Of a stretch of DNA of 64,000 nucleotides, positions 29,201-38,653 are shown piece by piece. The translations under genes were made by a program, and so were the position numbers. Location: assembly GCA_963763775.1 (NCBI GenBank), contig CAVXPZ010000003.1:544001-608000 (forward strand). The letters are read 5' to 3'. Origin of the DNA: an uncultured Chloroflexia bacterium. GTDB taxonomy: Bacteria > Chloroflexota > Limnocylindria > Limnocylindrales > CSP1-4. The notes beneath the pieces were generated by a model. The model was not told the origin of the DNA and searched no databases. It was given only the letters and a program-made list of their open reading frames with translations. Position 1 is the first letter of the stretch; every line of letters starts with the position of its first letter.

Positions 29201-30305
29201 AGATCGAGAACGTCGTCTCGTCGTCGACGTCGAAGCGGTCCCGGCCGAGCTTGGAGACGACGATGACCCCGTGGACCGTCGACTCGTGCGACATCGGCAC
29301 GAGGAGCATCGACTCCGGCTCGTCGGTCGGCCGCATGATGACGCTCCGGCCGTCCGCGGCGGCGTCGCCGATCCGGACCGGCCGGTCGTTGGCTGCCACC
29401 CAGCCGGTCAGGCCCTCTCCGATCGCCACGCGCAGGCTTGCGGCGTCGGGTTCGTTCGTGCCCATGAACGTGCCCTGGAACGCGATCGGCTCGCAGGTGC
29501 CGGTCTCATGGTCGACGCGGTACACGCGGATGGTGTCGTGGTCGATGAGCTTGCCGGCCTCGCTGACGATGGCCTCTCCGATGCTCTCGATGTCCTGGAT
29601 CCGGTTCAGCCGGATGGCCAGCTCGGAGATGGCGCGCAGCCGGTCGGTCAGGGCGTGAGTGGCCTCGGCGAGGCGGACGTTCTGCATGGCGACCGCGATG
29701 TGGTCGCCGAACGCCCGGGCGAGGTCCGTCTCGTCGTCGGACCAGGCGTACGCGGTCCGGTGGTAGAGGACGAGGAGTCCGAGGACCTCGTCGCGAAAGA
29801 CGATCGGGACGTAGCACATCGTCCGCATGCCGTCGGCGCGGTACATGCGCCGCAACTCCGGGACGGTGCCGCGGAGGTCGCCCGCCAGGACGTGGACGCG
29901 CCGCTCGCGGAGGGCGATCATGCCGACCGTGTTGGCATCGCTCGGCAGCCGGCCGACCACCTCGAGCATCTCGGGCGACAGGCCGCGCTGCGCCGCGAGC
30001 CGCAGCGGCGTCGGGCTCTCCTCGTAGGTCCAGAGACCGGCGCGATCGGCACCGAACAGGTCGAAGGCCGCGTCGATCACTTCCTCGAACAGGCGGCCGA
30101 GGTCTTGGCGGCTGCTGACCTCGGCGACGATCCGTCGCAGGGCGTCCGCGCGAGAGGCGGGATCCGCCTGCGCGGGTGCCGGGGCGCCGGCGACCGTCGC
30201 GTCGATGCCCGCTGCCGCATCGGACGCCCGGTCGGTCTCGGCTGCGCGACGGCGCGTCCGGGGGCGAGTCTGGGGCGGCTTGGGCGACTCCTGGGCGAGG
30301 ACCAT
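25869..30305 (-). CDS. GAF-GAF-GAF-GGDEF-GAF-GGDEF-EAL diguanylate cyclase/phosphodiesterase (true 3' end probably near 26240-26330)
   Basis: RYGGDEF and RFGGDEF; FEALVRW, DDFGTGYSSL, EGIET, QGYLF; four GAF repeats. The last ~140 codons are antisense to BI-1. Confidence 0.9.
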   Translation of the reverse strand: MVLAQESPKPPQTRPRTRRRAAETDRASDAAAGIDATVAGAPAPAQADPASRADALRRIVAEVSSRQDLGRLFEEVIDAAFDLFGADRAGLWTYEESPTPLRLAAQRGLSPEMLEVVGRLPSDANTVGMIALRERRVHVLAGDLRGTVPELRRMYRADGMRTMCYVPIVFRDEVLGLLVLYHRTAYAWSDDETDLARAFGDHIAVAMQNVRLAEATHALTDRLRAISELAIRLNRIQDIESIGEAIVSEAGKLIDHDTIRVYRVDHETGTCEPIAFQGTFMGTNEPDAASLRVAIGEGLTGWVAANDRPVRIGDAAADGRSVIMRPTDEPESMLLVPMSHESTVHGVIVVSKLGRDRFDVDDETTFSIFASCAAQALVNAANLERVRRQQGELQHQLSSQRRLLEVNERLLSNLEPASILDLIADSLKVIVPYDSLTVYRVDLEAGVRRAVIARDRFADLILAHESQLGVGITGWVVDHREAVLANDAHLDPRSVQVPGTPEEPESMIVVPLLVAGEAVGTLNIGRMGEAESHFSTNEFELTKLFAGQASIALQNAETHGEVRIRAEQDALTGLRNHGAFQRELGEAVGTGGGGKPFAVLMMDLDAFKAFNDSRGHPAGDALLARIASEMGLAVRDADRLYRYGGDEFAAILPDTDRVAAHDVADRLRRTVLAAAADDGDARVTISIGVACFPDDGRAKDELVAVADRAMYLAKPAARGNDAGVAPDDPYLRALDETALALLDRRDSTTLLETILTRACALLGTPHGYIYIVDADGTELVLRHGTGVFSQGLGHRQPVGEGLGGEVYRTGKAVAIEDYDAYVGRAGIVPARLLGAVVGVPLSSGDQVVGVIGLAAGSVERVFRDREIDALTRFAQLASIALDNARLVDVAQRGALYDPTTGLPNRELLTDRIAHSLARVRPDDSERIAVILLDLDRFKVINESVGHSVGDRLLAAVGQRLAASLRPGDTVGRFGGDEFGIILDSVADEDEARGVAEHLATELRVPFSLGGREWFVSASMGIALDDGDRLSPDELLREAEIAMVRAKGDPTIRHALFEPSMSAQTIERIDLENDLRRALQRHELRAHYQPIVDLATARVVGFEALVRWQHPTRGLVPPLSFIPLAEETGLIGPVGRWVLETACRQAALWRDGRSGADAPFMSVNLSGRQFVQPDLVEEIAGVLAESGLEPGALELEITESVVMDQSEVGVRTLGRLRDLGVRLVLDDFGTGYSSLSYLKHLPLDTIKIDRSFVAGLGQAADRSIVEAVLALANGLRIGVVAEGIETEAQRDRLVELGCVLGQGYLFSPPVPAADAGRLLRPRRAASASPGPPGRRSRPRSRPARGSAPAAEEAEHEQEEVDEVQVEAEGAHHGGLLDGPGLGDEVAGLDPLDVVRGQGREEHDTDHRDDEAQRAAPEEQVQQHRDEQPDERHEQIAAHAGQGPLRDRAVDGRRPEHRGRAAEGHDDGPRRCTRPRSGRS
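26281..26302. terminator. Perfect inverted repeat GCCGGCCGCG-AC-CGCGGCCGGC between convergent genes
   Basis: 10-bp arms immediately after the BI-1 stop codon. Confidence 0.4.
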
Positions 30306-30577
30306 GCTGGGCCCGCATCCTCCGACTATCGATAACGTGAACGTGGCGCCCGGAGGACATGGGCCGGACGCCGACGTCACCGTACGGGGCGACCCGGGGA
30401 GCGGCGATAGCCCATCCGTACCAGCCATGTCGGTCCGGTGCGGTCTGGTGATGTCGAGCGGAACCGTTGCCCGACGGCACCGACGGAGACGCCGGCGCCA
30501 CGGCCGCGTGTCACGATGACGGGAGCGCGTCCGAGCCCACCGAGTCGCGCCCCGGAGCCACGATGGAGGTCCGCCCC

Positions 30578-31318
30578 ATGGCCGCCGATCCCAACGAGCA
30601 CCGCTCCCGACGAGCGCTCCTCGCCGCCGCTGCGGGCGGAGCCGCCGCCCTCGCCGCCTCCGCCGCCATGCCCCTGACCACGATGGCCCACGACGCCGAC
30701 GACCTCCAGAAGGGCGTCGACAACCAGACGACGTCGACGACGTCCGTCTCCAACACCCAGGGTGACTCCACCTTCGGGTTCCAGGGCACGAGCACCGGGG
30801 GCGCCGGCATCGTGGCGTGGAGCGTGACGGGGCCCGACTCGACGGAGTTCGACCCGGCCGACGGCAAGTTCACCGGGGTGTTCGGCTACTCCCCGTCCGG
30901 CCTGGCGGACGGTGGCGTCGGCGCCGGCGTCTGGGGCGAGAGCCCGGACATCGGCGTCTTCGGCAACGGGACCGTTGGCGTCAACGGCTTCGGGGCGTTC
31001 GGCGTCCTCGGCAGCAGTGACGACCCGACGGGCGCCGGCGTGCAGGCCTTCGGGGCGACCGACAGCGATACCGCGCTGGACGTCCACGGCAAGGTCAAGT
31101 TCAACCGCTCGGGCCGAGCGACCGTCGCGAAGAACAAGTCCTCCGTGAAGGTGTCGCTCCCCGGCGTCACGACCGGCAGCCGCGTGTTCGCGGTGTGCTT
31201 CACGAACCGCTCGGGCCGATGGGTCCGCGCGGCGACGCCGACCACCGGGTCCTTCACGATCTATCTGAACGCCACCGTCTCCGCCACGACCTACGTGTCG
31301 TGGTGGGTCCTCAACTAG
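30578..31318 (+). CDS. Tat-exported Gly-rich (GVxG repeat) surface protein
   Basis: GGAGG RBS; SRRALL Tat motif; GVFG, GVWG, GVFG, GVNG, GVLG repeats; beta-rich C-terminal domain. Confidence 0.75.
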   Translation: MAADPNEHRSRRALLAAAAGGAAALAASAAMPLTTMAHDADDLQKGVDNQTTSTTSVSNTQGDSTFGFQGTSTGGAGIVAWSVTGPDSTEFDPADGKFTGVFGYSPSGLADGGVGAGVWGESPDIGVFGNGTVGVNGFGAFGVLGSSDDPTGAGVQAFGATDSDTALDVHGKVKFNRSGRATVAKNKSSVKVSLPGVTTGSRVFAVCFTNRSGRWVRAATPTTGSFTIYLNATVSATTYVSWWVLN

Positions 31319-31537
31319 CCGTGGACGACCGCCTTCGGATCCCGCGCCGGGTCACCGCGCACGGGACCGGCACCGACGTCACCCGGCTGCGGAGCGCGCT
31401 CGCGCAGCGTGCCGCCCGCGGTCACGCGCGGCCGGGACCGGCGATCCAGGCGTACCTGGACCGGGCCGGATCGACCGGGGACGCGCAGGGTCTCCGCCCG
31501 CCGGTCGTCAAGGGCAAGACCAGGGGCTGAGCACCGG

Positions 31538-32257
31538 TCAGTCGCCGACCAGCGCTGCCACCGACTCGAGGACCTCGTCCGCGAGCGGTGCCAAGTCGTC
31601 TCGCGTGCCGACGCCGGTCAGCACGCCGTAGCATCGGGCGACCCCGGCCGCCCGGCCCATCGCGAGGTCGGGCACCGAGTCGCCGACGACGGCGGTTCGC
31701 GCCGGCTCGACCGCGAGTTCGGTGCAGAGGCGACGGACCATGTCCGGTGCCGGTTTCGGCGCGACCCCGTCGTCCGCGCAGATCATGGCGTCGACCAGGC
31801 CCTCGATGCCGAGCGCCTCGAGCGTGCGACGTGTCGGCGCTCCGTCGTCCGTCGTGGCCACCGCGACCCGACGACCGCCCAGCCGGATGCTGGCAAGCAG
31901 CACGGCAAGGTCCGTGACCGGCCGCGCGAGGGCGACCGGGTCCGGGGCATGCCACGCCCGGTCCACGGCCGCCGCCGCCGTCTCGACGGTGAGGCCGCGC
32001 CGGACCAGGAGTTCGCCGGTCAGGTCGCGCAGGCGCGCCATCGGGGTGGCGGCCAGCCGGCCGCCCGGGACCGCGCGACCCGTCGCGGCGTCGAACCCGA
32101 GCAACGCGAAGAGCTCGTCCCGTAGGGGGATCCCGGTGGCGGCTTCGAGCCCGTCGGCGAGGTCGACGGCCCAGCCGCTCCACATGGCGTGGAACTCGAT
32201 CAGCGTCCCGTCCTTGTCGAAGACGACGAGGTCGATGCCCTCGAGGCGGCCGGTCAA
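31538..32257 (-). CDS. HAD family hydrolase (phosphatase)
   Basis: VVFDKDGTL, VATTD, PKPAPD, VVGDSVPD; TTGA overlap with the ABC ATPase stop. Confidence 0.88.
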   Translation of the reverse strand: MTGRLEGIDLVVFDKDGTLIEFHAMWSGWAVDLADGLEAATGIPLRDELFALLGFDAATGRAVPGGRLAATPMARLRDLTGELLVRRGLTVETAAAAVDRAWHAPDPVALARPVTDLAVLLASIRLGGRRVAVATTDDGAPTRRTLEALGIEGLVDAMICADDGVAPKPAPDMVRRLCTELAVEPARTAVVGDSVPDLAMGRAAGVARCYGVLTGVGTRDDLAPLADEVLESVAALVGD

Positions 32258-33378
32258 ACCATGGCGTCGATGGCCGTCGCGGGGTCGGTCGCCATGGTGG
32301 TCTCCGAGCCCTCGACCACGAAGCAGGCCTCGGGCGGGAACGACACGGCGATCGTCGTGCCGACGACGGGGAGCGCGAGGTGCGGCTCGTTGAAGGTGTC
32401 GAGGGTCATCGATGTCGAGGCGTCGCCGCCGACGAGCGACAGGCGCAGCCGAACGACCGACCCGAGGAAGTTGATGTCCTCGAGCGTCCCGTGGAGTCGG
32501 TTGCGACCCTCGGCGCCCTCGCCGAGGTCGATGCCTTCCGGCCGGACGGCGAGCGTCACGCGGTCGCCGTCGTGCGCGACCGTGACGGCCTTGGTCGTCC
32601 GGATCTCCTGGCCGGCCAGCGAGAGTCGGCCGGTCGAGGCCTCGACGATCGTGGCGCCGACGAGGTTCAGCGTCCCCACGAAGGAGGCGACGAACGCCGT
32701 CGACGGGAAGTTGTAGATCTCGAAGGGCGTGCCGATCTGCTCGATCCGCCCTTCGCTCATGACGACGACCCGGTCCGAGAGCGACAGCGCCTCCTCCTGG
32801 TCGTGGGTCACGTAGATCGTCGTGATCCCGAGTTGGCGCTGGATCGATCGGATCTCCTTGCGGAGGATGATCCGGATCTTCGCGTCCAGGGCCGAGAGCG
32901 GCTCGTCGAGCAGGAGCACCTGCGGCTCGATCGCGAGCGCCCGGGCGAGGGCGACGCGCTGCTGCTGGCCGCCGGACAACTGCCACGGATACCGGTCGCC
33001 GCGGCCCTCGAGGTGGATCAGCTCGAGCAGCTCGCCGACCTTGCGCTTGATGTCGGCCGACGGGCGTTTGCGGACTCGCAGCCCGTAGCCGATGTTCTGG
33101 CCGACCGTCATGTTCGGGAACAGGGCGTACGACTGGAAGACCATCCCGACGTTGCGCTGGTTCGGCGGTTTGTGGGTGATGTCGTGCCCATCGACGGTGA
33201 TGGTCCCGGCGGTCGGGCGTTCGAAGCCCGCGACCATCCGGAGGGTCGTCGTCTTGCCGCAGCCCGACGGGCCGAGGAAGGAGACGAACTCGCCCTTGGT
33301 GGCGCCCAGGTTGAAGTCCTGGACGGCGCGCGTCTCGCCGAACGCCTTCTGGACACCGGTCAGTTCCAGGAATGCCAT
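32254..33378 (-). CDS. ABC transporter ATP-binding protein (PotA/FbpC-like)
   Basis: GPSGCGKTT, LSGGQQQR, LLLDEP, TOBE-like C-terminus. Confidence 0.95.
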   Translation of the reverse strand: MAFLELTGVQKAFGETRAVQDFNLGATKGEFVSFLGPSGCGKTTTLRMVAGFERPTAGTITVDGHDITHKPPNQRNVGMVFQSYALFPNMTVGQNIGYGLRVRKRPSADIKRKVGELLELIHLEGRGDRYPWQLSGGQQQRVALARALAIEPQVLLLDEPLSALDAKIRIILRKEIRSIQRQLGITTIYVTHDQEEALSLSDRVVVMSEGRIEQIGTPFEIYNFPSTAFVASFVGTLNLVGATIVEASTGRLSLAGQEIRTTKAVTVAHDGDRVTLAVRPEGIDLGEGAEGRNRLHGTLEDINFLGSVVRLRLSLVGGDASTSMTLDTFNEPHLALPVVGTTIAVSFPPEACFVVEGSETTMATDPATAIDAMV

Positions 33379-33393
33379 GCCTGCCCTCGTCTC

Positions 33394-34269
33394 CTAGCGC
33401 GTGCCCGTGACGGTGATCCGGCTGCGCGAGCCGCGGCCGAGCAGCGCGATGAAGCCCATCGCGATCCACGTGAGGCCGAAGCTCACCAGCGCGACCGCCG
33501 CCTGCTGGTATGGGTAGTTGCTGCCGAGCAGCGACAGATACGGCGCGAACGCCGGACGGGCCAGGTAGTTCGCCATGGTGAACTCGCCCATGACGATGGC
33601 GAGCGTCAGGAACGCGCCCGAGAGGAGGGCGACCCGGAGGTTCGGGAGGATGACGTCGATCATCACCCGGAACCATCCCGCGCCGAGGATCTGGGACGCT
33701 TCGGTGAGCGACCGGATGTCCATCGTCCGCAGGCCGGAATCCACCGCCCGGTACATGTACGGGAACGACAGGACGACGTACCCGCAGACGAGCAGGAGCG
33801 TGCTCCCGATGTCCGTGTAGGTGAAGGGCAGCGGCGGATGGCTGTAGGTGCTGATGAGCGCGAACACCAGCACGATGGGCGGGATGACGAAGGGAAGGAG
33901 CGTGACGAACTCGACGATCGGCCTGGCCCGCGGCATCCGCAGGCGGACCCAGTAGGCCGTCGGGACCATGAGCGCGATGCTGACCACGATGGTGATCAGG
34001 CCGACGACGAACGAGTAGGTCAGGCTCGAGAAGAACTGCGAGTCGCCGAAGATCGACGTGTAGGCGTTGAGGAACGGCCGATCCTTCAGCGAGAACAGCA
34101 GGGTCCCGAGGAGCGGCAGGACGAAGTAGGTCACGCCGGCCAGGAAGACGATCCACCACACGAACCGCCACTTGGACTTGCGCTCCTTGGTCGGCGGCGC
34201 GTCGAGGGCCTGGCCCTGGGCCGCGTCCAACTCCAGGGTGAGCCGGTTCGGCCCGCTTTGGGCCGTCAT
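33394..34269 (-). CDS. ABC transporter permease (PotC-like)
   Basis: Six TM helices; EASQILGA EAA loop. Confidence 0.92.
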   Translation of the reverse strand: MTAQSGPNRLTLELDAAQGQALDAPPTKERKSKWRFVWWIVFLAGVTYFVLPLLGTLLFSLKDRPFLNAYTSIFGDSQFFSSLTYSFVVGLITIVVSIALMVPTAYWVRLRMPRARPIVEFVTLLPFVIPPIVLVFALISTYSHPPLPFTYTDIGSTLLLVCGYVVLSFPYMYRAVDSGLRTMDIRSLTEASQILGAGWFRVMIDVILPNLRVALLSGAFLTLAIVMGEFTMANYLARPAFAPYLSLLGSNYPYQQAAVALVSFGLTWIAMGFIALLGRGSRSRITVTGTR

Positions 34270-35166
34270 CGCTGCCAGCGCTCCGCGCGCCGCTGCAGGA
34301 ACGAGTAGGCGACCAGGGTGATGCCGAGGACGAAGACCATGCCCATCGCCAGCGCATAGCCCAGGCCGACGTTATGGAGGACGTCGCCGGTGAGCTGGTT
34401 GCCGATGAGCGTCGGCACGATGTTGATGAAGCCCCCGGTCAGCTGGTACGCCGTCGCCTGGGCGCCGAACGCGTTCCCGAACAGCAGGATCATCGTGCCG
34501 AAGATGGTCGGCATCAGGATCGGCCCGGCGATGTGGAGCCAGAACTGCCGCCCGGTGGCGCCCATGTTCTCGGCCGCCTCGCGCCATTCCTTCTTCAGGC
34601 CGTCGATCGCCGGGGCGATGATCAGGATCATCAGCGGCAGCTGGAAGTAGAAGTAGACGATCTCGAGGCCGAGCTTGCTGTACAGCGAGAAGCCGTGGTC
34701 GTAGGGGTTCAGACCGAGGCTGGTCAGGAAGGCCGTGACGAAGCCGGCCCGGCCGAGCGTGAAGATGAAGGCCAGGGCCAGCGGGACGCCGGCGAAGTTC
34801 GACGCGACACCGGAGAACGTCATGATGCCGCCGCGGAACGGGCCCGGGGAGACCGCCCGAGATCACGGCGTAGGCCATCAGGAACCCGAACGCGCCGCCC
34901 GCGAGCGCCGTGACGAGGCTGATCTCGATGCTCGCCTCGAACGCGCTCAGCGTGGTCGGGTCGGACAGGCCCGCGTAGTTCTGGAGCGTGAAGTTCCCGG
35001 CCGCGTCCAGCAGCGAGCCGACGGTCAGATACGCCGTCGGGATGAGCAGGAAGAGCGTGGCGAAGATGAAGAACGGTGCGAGGCCGACCCAGGTCAGCCC
35101 GAATCGACGTCGCCCAGGGCTCGCCGGAGGCGAGCCCTGGGTCGTCGCTGGAGCGGCGCCGGTCAC
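34266..35166 (-). CDS. ABC transporter permease (PotB-like), frameshift near 34845
   Basis: N-half in ORF 34372-35166, C-half in ORF 34266-34823 with EAAENMGA. Confidence 0.88.
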
Positions 35167-35203
35167 GACCGGGTCGCTCGCTGGTCCAAGGTGACGGCGG
35201 TCG

Positions 35204-36371
35204 CTACTTCACGACCGCGCCGACGGTGGTCGGCCAGCCCGCCGCGATCGCCGTGGTCGCCGCGGTGATCTGGTCGAGCGTCGGAAGGATGGTGCCCGAT
35301 GCGTCCGGGAGCTTCGCCGCCAGGTCGGCCGGGATCTTCCCGGCCTTGGCCATGGCGTCATACCGGATCGGCACGCAGTAGCCCTTGAGCCAGAGCAGCT
35401 GGCCCTCGTCGGAGTACATGTACTCCTGCCACAGGCGAGCGGCGTTCGGGATGCGGGGCGTACTTGCTGACGGCCTGGATGTACATCCCGCCGAACTTGG
35501 TCTCGCTCGGGACCGTGACGGTGACGGGCGGATTGTCCTTGAGCGAGTCCTTGTCGCCGAGGCCGTTGTACGACCAGGTGATGCGGACGGGCGTCTCGCC
35601 CGATGCCACCGTCGAGGTCTTGGCCTTGACCGGGACGAAGTTGCCCTCGTCGTTGAGCTGCTTGAAGTAGTCGAGGCCCGGCTGGACGTTGTCCAGCGAG
35701 CCGCCGTTGGCGAGCGCCGCGGCCCACACGCCGGACATCGCCTGGTTGGACTGGGTCGGGTCGCCCGACAAGGCCACCTGGCCCTTGTACTGCGGATCGA
35801 GCAGGTCCTTGAACGACGTCGGGGGGTTCTTGACCTTGCTGGTGTCGGTCTCGAACGCCATCACGCCGAAGTAATCGCCGACCCAGTTCCCGTCCGCGTC
35901 CTTGGCCGCAGCGGGGATGTCATCCCACGTCGCCACCTTGTACGGGGTGACGAGCGTCTCGGCCGGTCCGGGGGTCTGCCCGGAGGCAGCGGCCGTCGGC
36001 TCCTGGCCGGTCAGCTGCGGGGCGAAGCCGAGCCCGACGTCGATGACGTCAGGTGCCTGCGGACCGGGGTTCGACTTGTTCGCCTTGATGGCGTCGACTT
36101 CCTCGGCCGAGCTCCCGTCCGGGTTCAGCTCGTTGATCTTGATGCCGTACTTGGTCGAGAAGCTCGAGAGCATCTCGCCGTAGTTGCACCAGCCATGGGG
36201 CAGCGCGATCGTCGTGAGGTTGCCCTCAGCCTTGGCGTTCGCGATCAGCGTGTCCATGTTCCCGGCGGACGCGCCGGCGGATGCGGTGGTGCTGCCAGAA
36301 CACGCGGCGAAGACCACCGCGGCCGTGGCAAGGAGACCCGAGATCCGGGTCAGTGAACGAGTCGTAGACAA
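35204..36371 (-). CDS. ABC transporter substrate-binding lipoprotein (PotD/AfuA-like), frameshift near 35455
   Basis: Lipobox FAAC; TIALPHGWCNYG, APDVIDVG; C-terminus in ORF 35204-35419. Confidence 0.88.
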
Positions 36372-36517
36372 GATCCATCCTCCATGTGTGTCGAGGTCCC
36401 ATCGAAGCCGGTCAGCAGGGGGACCTCCTCATCCCCGGTGCTGGACCTCGTGACCGTGCGAGTGTGGCGGTCGCCCACCATCGATGCACGGCCTTCTCGC
36501 GCATTGGACTGCCCGCG

Positions 36518-37468
36518 TCAGCGGGCGTCAAGACCATGTGATGGATTTGTTAACGCGAAGTAGTCGGAGATGTACTTTTCGCCCTCGTCGCAGAAGAACG
36601 TCACGACGTCGTCGACGTCGGGATTCGCGTCCCGCCACGTCCTCGCGGCGACGAGGTTCGCCCCGGAGCTCGGACCCACGAACAGGCCGTGCTCGCGCGC
36701 CAGCCGGCGCATCTCCGCGATGGACGCGTCGCTGTCGACGGGCACGAGGTGGTCGATCATCGCGCGGTGCCGCTCGATGATCCCCGGGATGAAGCCGTCG
36801 CTGATGCCCTCGATCAGGTGCTTGCCCACCTCCCCGCACATCAACGTGCACGATTCGTTGGGCTCGACGCCGATGACGGCGCAGGCCGGGTTGACCGCGC
36901 GGAACGCCTGGCCGACGCCGATGAGCGTGCCACCGGTGCCGACCCCGGCGATCACCGCGCCCGGGACGACGCCGTCGGGCAGCTGCGCCAGCACCTCGGG
37001 TCCGAGCCACTCGCGGTTCTCGTCGACGTTCCACTCGGAGTCGAACTGCTGCGGGCTGAAGTAGCCCGGCTGCGAGCCGAGCTCGCGCGCCTTCTCGAGC
37101 GCCTCCGTGACGTGGAAGTGGCCCAACGTGAGCACCTCGGCCCCGAAGGCCCGGCTGATGGCCAGCCGCTCCGGGCTCATGCCGTCCGGCATGACCACCA
37201 GCATCCGGTAGCCCTTCACCGCGGCGACCATGCTCATCGCGTTGCCGGTATTGCCGCTCGAGGCCTCGACGATCGTGTCGCCGGGGCGCAGGCGTCCTTC
37301 GCGCTCGGCGCGCTCGATCATGTACTTGGCGATGCGGGCCTTCACGGACCCGGACGGGTTGAGGAACTCGAGCTTGACCCAGATGTCGTCGATGCGGATG
37401 AGCGGTGTGTGGCCGATCGCGTCGAGGACCGTGGCCGTCCGTGGGTCCGCGCGGACGCTCGTCGTCAT
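36518..37468 (-). CDS. cysK: PLP-dependent cysteine synthase family protein
   Basis: IGHTPL, KLEFLNPSGSVKAR, EASSGNTG, GVGTGGT, GPSSGAN. Confidence 0.85.
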   Translation of the reverse strand: MTTSVRADPRTATVLDAIGHTPLIRIDDIWVKLEFLNPSGSVKARIAKYMIERAEREGRLRPGDTIVEASSGNTGNAMSMVAAVKGYRMLVVMPDGMSPERLAISRAFGAEVLTLGHFHVTEALEKARELGSQPGYFSPQQFDSEWNVDENREWLGPEVLAQLPDGVVPGAVIAGVGTGGTLIGVGQAFRAVNPACAVIGVEPNESCTLMCGEVGKHLIEGISDGFIPGIIERHRAMIDHLVPVDSDASIAEMRRLAREHGLFVGPSSGANLVAARTWRDANPDVDDVVTFFCDEGEKYISDYFALTNPSHGLDAR

Positions 37469-37567
37469 GGCCGATCCCTCCATCTCGCCGTTCCCTGCCG
37501 GGGATGACGAACGGCGGCGGGTCTGCACCCGCCGCCGTTCGAGGCTCGTCTGATCCGGCTCAGGCGA

Positions 37568-38557
37568 TCACTGGGCGGGGATCCATGCCTTCCAGGTGGC
37601 CTCGTTGTCGGCGATCCACTTGGCGGCCGCATCCTCGCGGGTCATGTTCTGGTTGGCGATGAGGTTGGACACGGTGTTCTGGTCAGCCGCGGTCCACTTG
37701 AAGTTCTTGATGAACTGCGCCGCGGACGGCGCCTTCGTCTCCAGGCTCTTGCTGATGATCTTGTTCAGATCCTTGTACGGCGCGTAGTCGCACGTGATCT
37801 TCGGCAGCAGGTTCCCGGCGGCGTCGTAGTCGCAGCCTTCCTTCCATGGCGGAAGGTCGATCTTCACGAGCGGCACCTCGTTGAGGAACCACTGCGGCGA
37901 GTAGAAGTAGCCGATGAGCGGGGTCTTGTTCTGCTCGGCCTTGCGGAACGCCTCGATGAGGGCGGCCTCGCTGCCGGCGTAGACGACTTTGTAGTTGAGA
38001 TCCAGGCCGTTGATGATCCCCTCGTCCTCGGTCACGAAGGACGGGTCGCCATCGAGCAGCTGGCCCTTGTCGCCGGACTCGGAGGTCTTGAACAGGTCGG
38101 CGTACTTGTTCAGGTTGTTCCAGTCCGTGATGTCGGGGTACTTCTCCTTCATCCACGGCGGCACGTACCAGCCGATGACGCCGTCGACGCCGGTGCTCCC
38201 GGCATCGACCGCGACACCCTTGTCGGTGATATACGTCTTGGCCAGGTCGGCGTGGCCCCAGTTCTCGAGGATGGCGTCGACCTCGCCGGTCTCGAAGCCC
38301 TCCCAGCTGACCTGCTCGGTCAGTTCCTTGTAGTCGACCTTGTACCCGAGCTTGTCCTCGAGCAGCTTGCCGACGACACCGGCGTTGGCCTCGTAGCCGA
38401 CCCAGGGGTTCACGGCGATGTCGACGGTTTCGTTGGTCGCGGACCCGCTGCTGCCGGTCCCGCCGCTCGCCCCGCCGCCGCTGCTCGAGCACGCGGCGAC
38501 GACCAGCCCCAGGATCGCAAGTGCAGCGAAGACGCGGGCGCGCCTCGTGACATGCAT
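37568..38557 (-). CDS. Glycine betaine/choline ABC substrate-binding lipoprotein (OpuAC/ProX-like)
   Basis: Lipobox VAAC; NPWVG, LENWG, GWYVP, YFYSPQW aromatic-cage-type motifs. Confidence 0.9.
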   Translation of the reverse strand: MHVTRRARVFAALAILGLVVAACSSSGGGASGGTGSSGSATNETVDIAVNPWVGYEANAGVVGKLLEDKLGYKVDYKELTEQVSWEGFETGEVDAILENWGHADLAKTYITDKGVAVDAGSTGVDGVIGWYVPPWMKEKYPDITDWNNLNKYADLFKTSESGDKGQLLDGDPSFVTEDEGIINGLDLNYKVVYAGSEAALIEAFRKAEQNKTPLIGYFYSPQWFLNEVPLVKIDLPPWKEGCDYDAAGNLLPKITCDYAPYKDLNKIISKSLETKAPSAAQFIKNFKWTAADQNTVSNLIANQNMTREDAAAKWIADNEATWKAWIPAQ

Positions 38558-38653
38558 CGTCTCGTCACTCCTCCTGTGACCGGCCGCGACGCGGCCGGTC
38601 CGTGGATTATCGACCACGGCGGCCATCGCGCAACGGCCGTCGCGCCGGACGCC

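Noticed and set aside
26793-30335. 1180-aa plus-strand ORF and many other long antisense or alternate-frame ORFs
   Set aside because: Shadow ORFs expected from GC-biased codon usage opposite real genes; no motifs.
30400-30575. Possible c-di-GMP riboswitch upstream of the Tat protein
   Set aside because: Only scattered short matches (GGAA, GGCAC, GGAG). The class I and II consensus elements are not in the required arrangement by eye; an Rfam scan would settle it.
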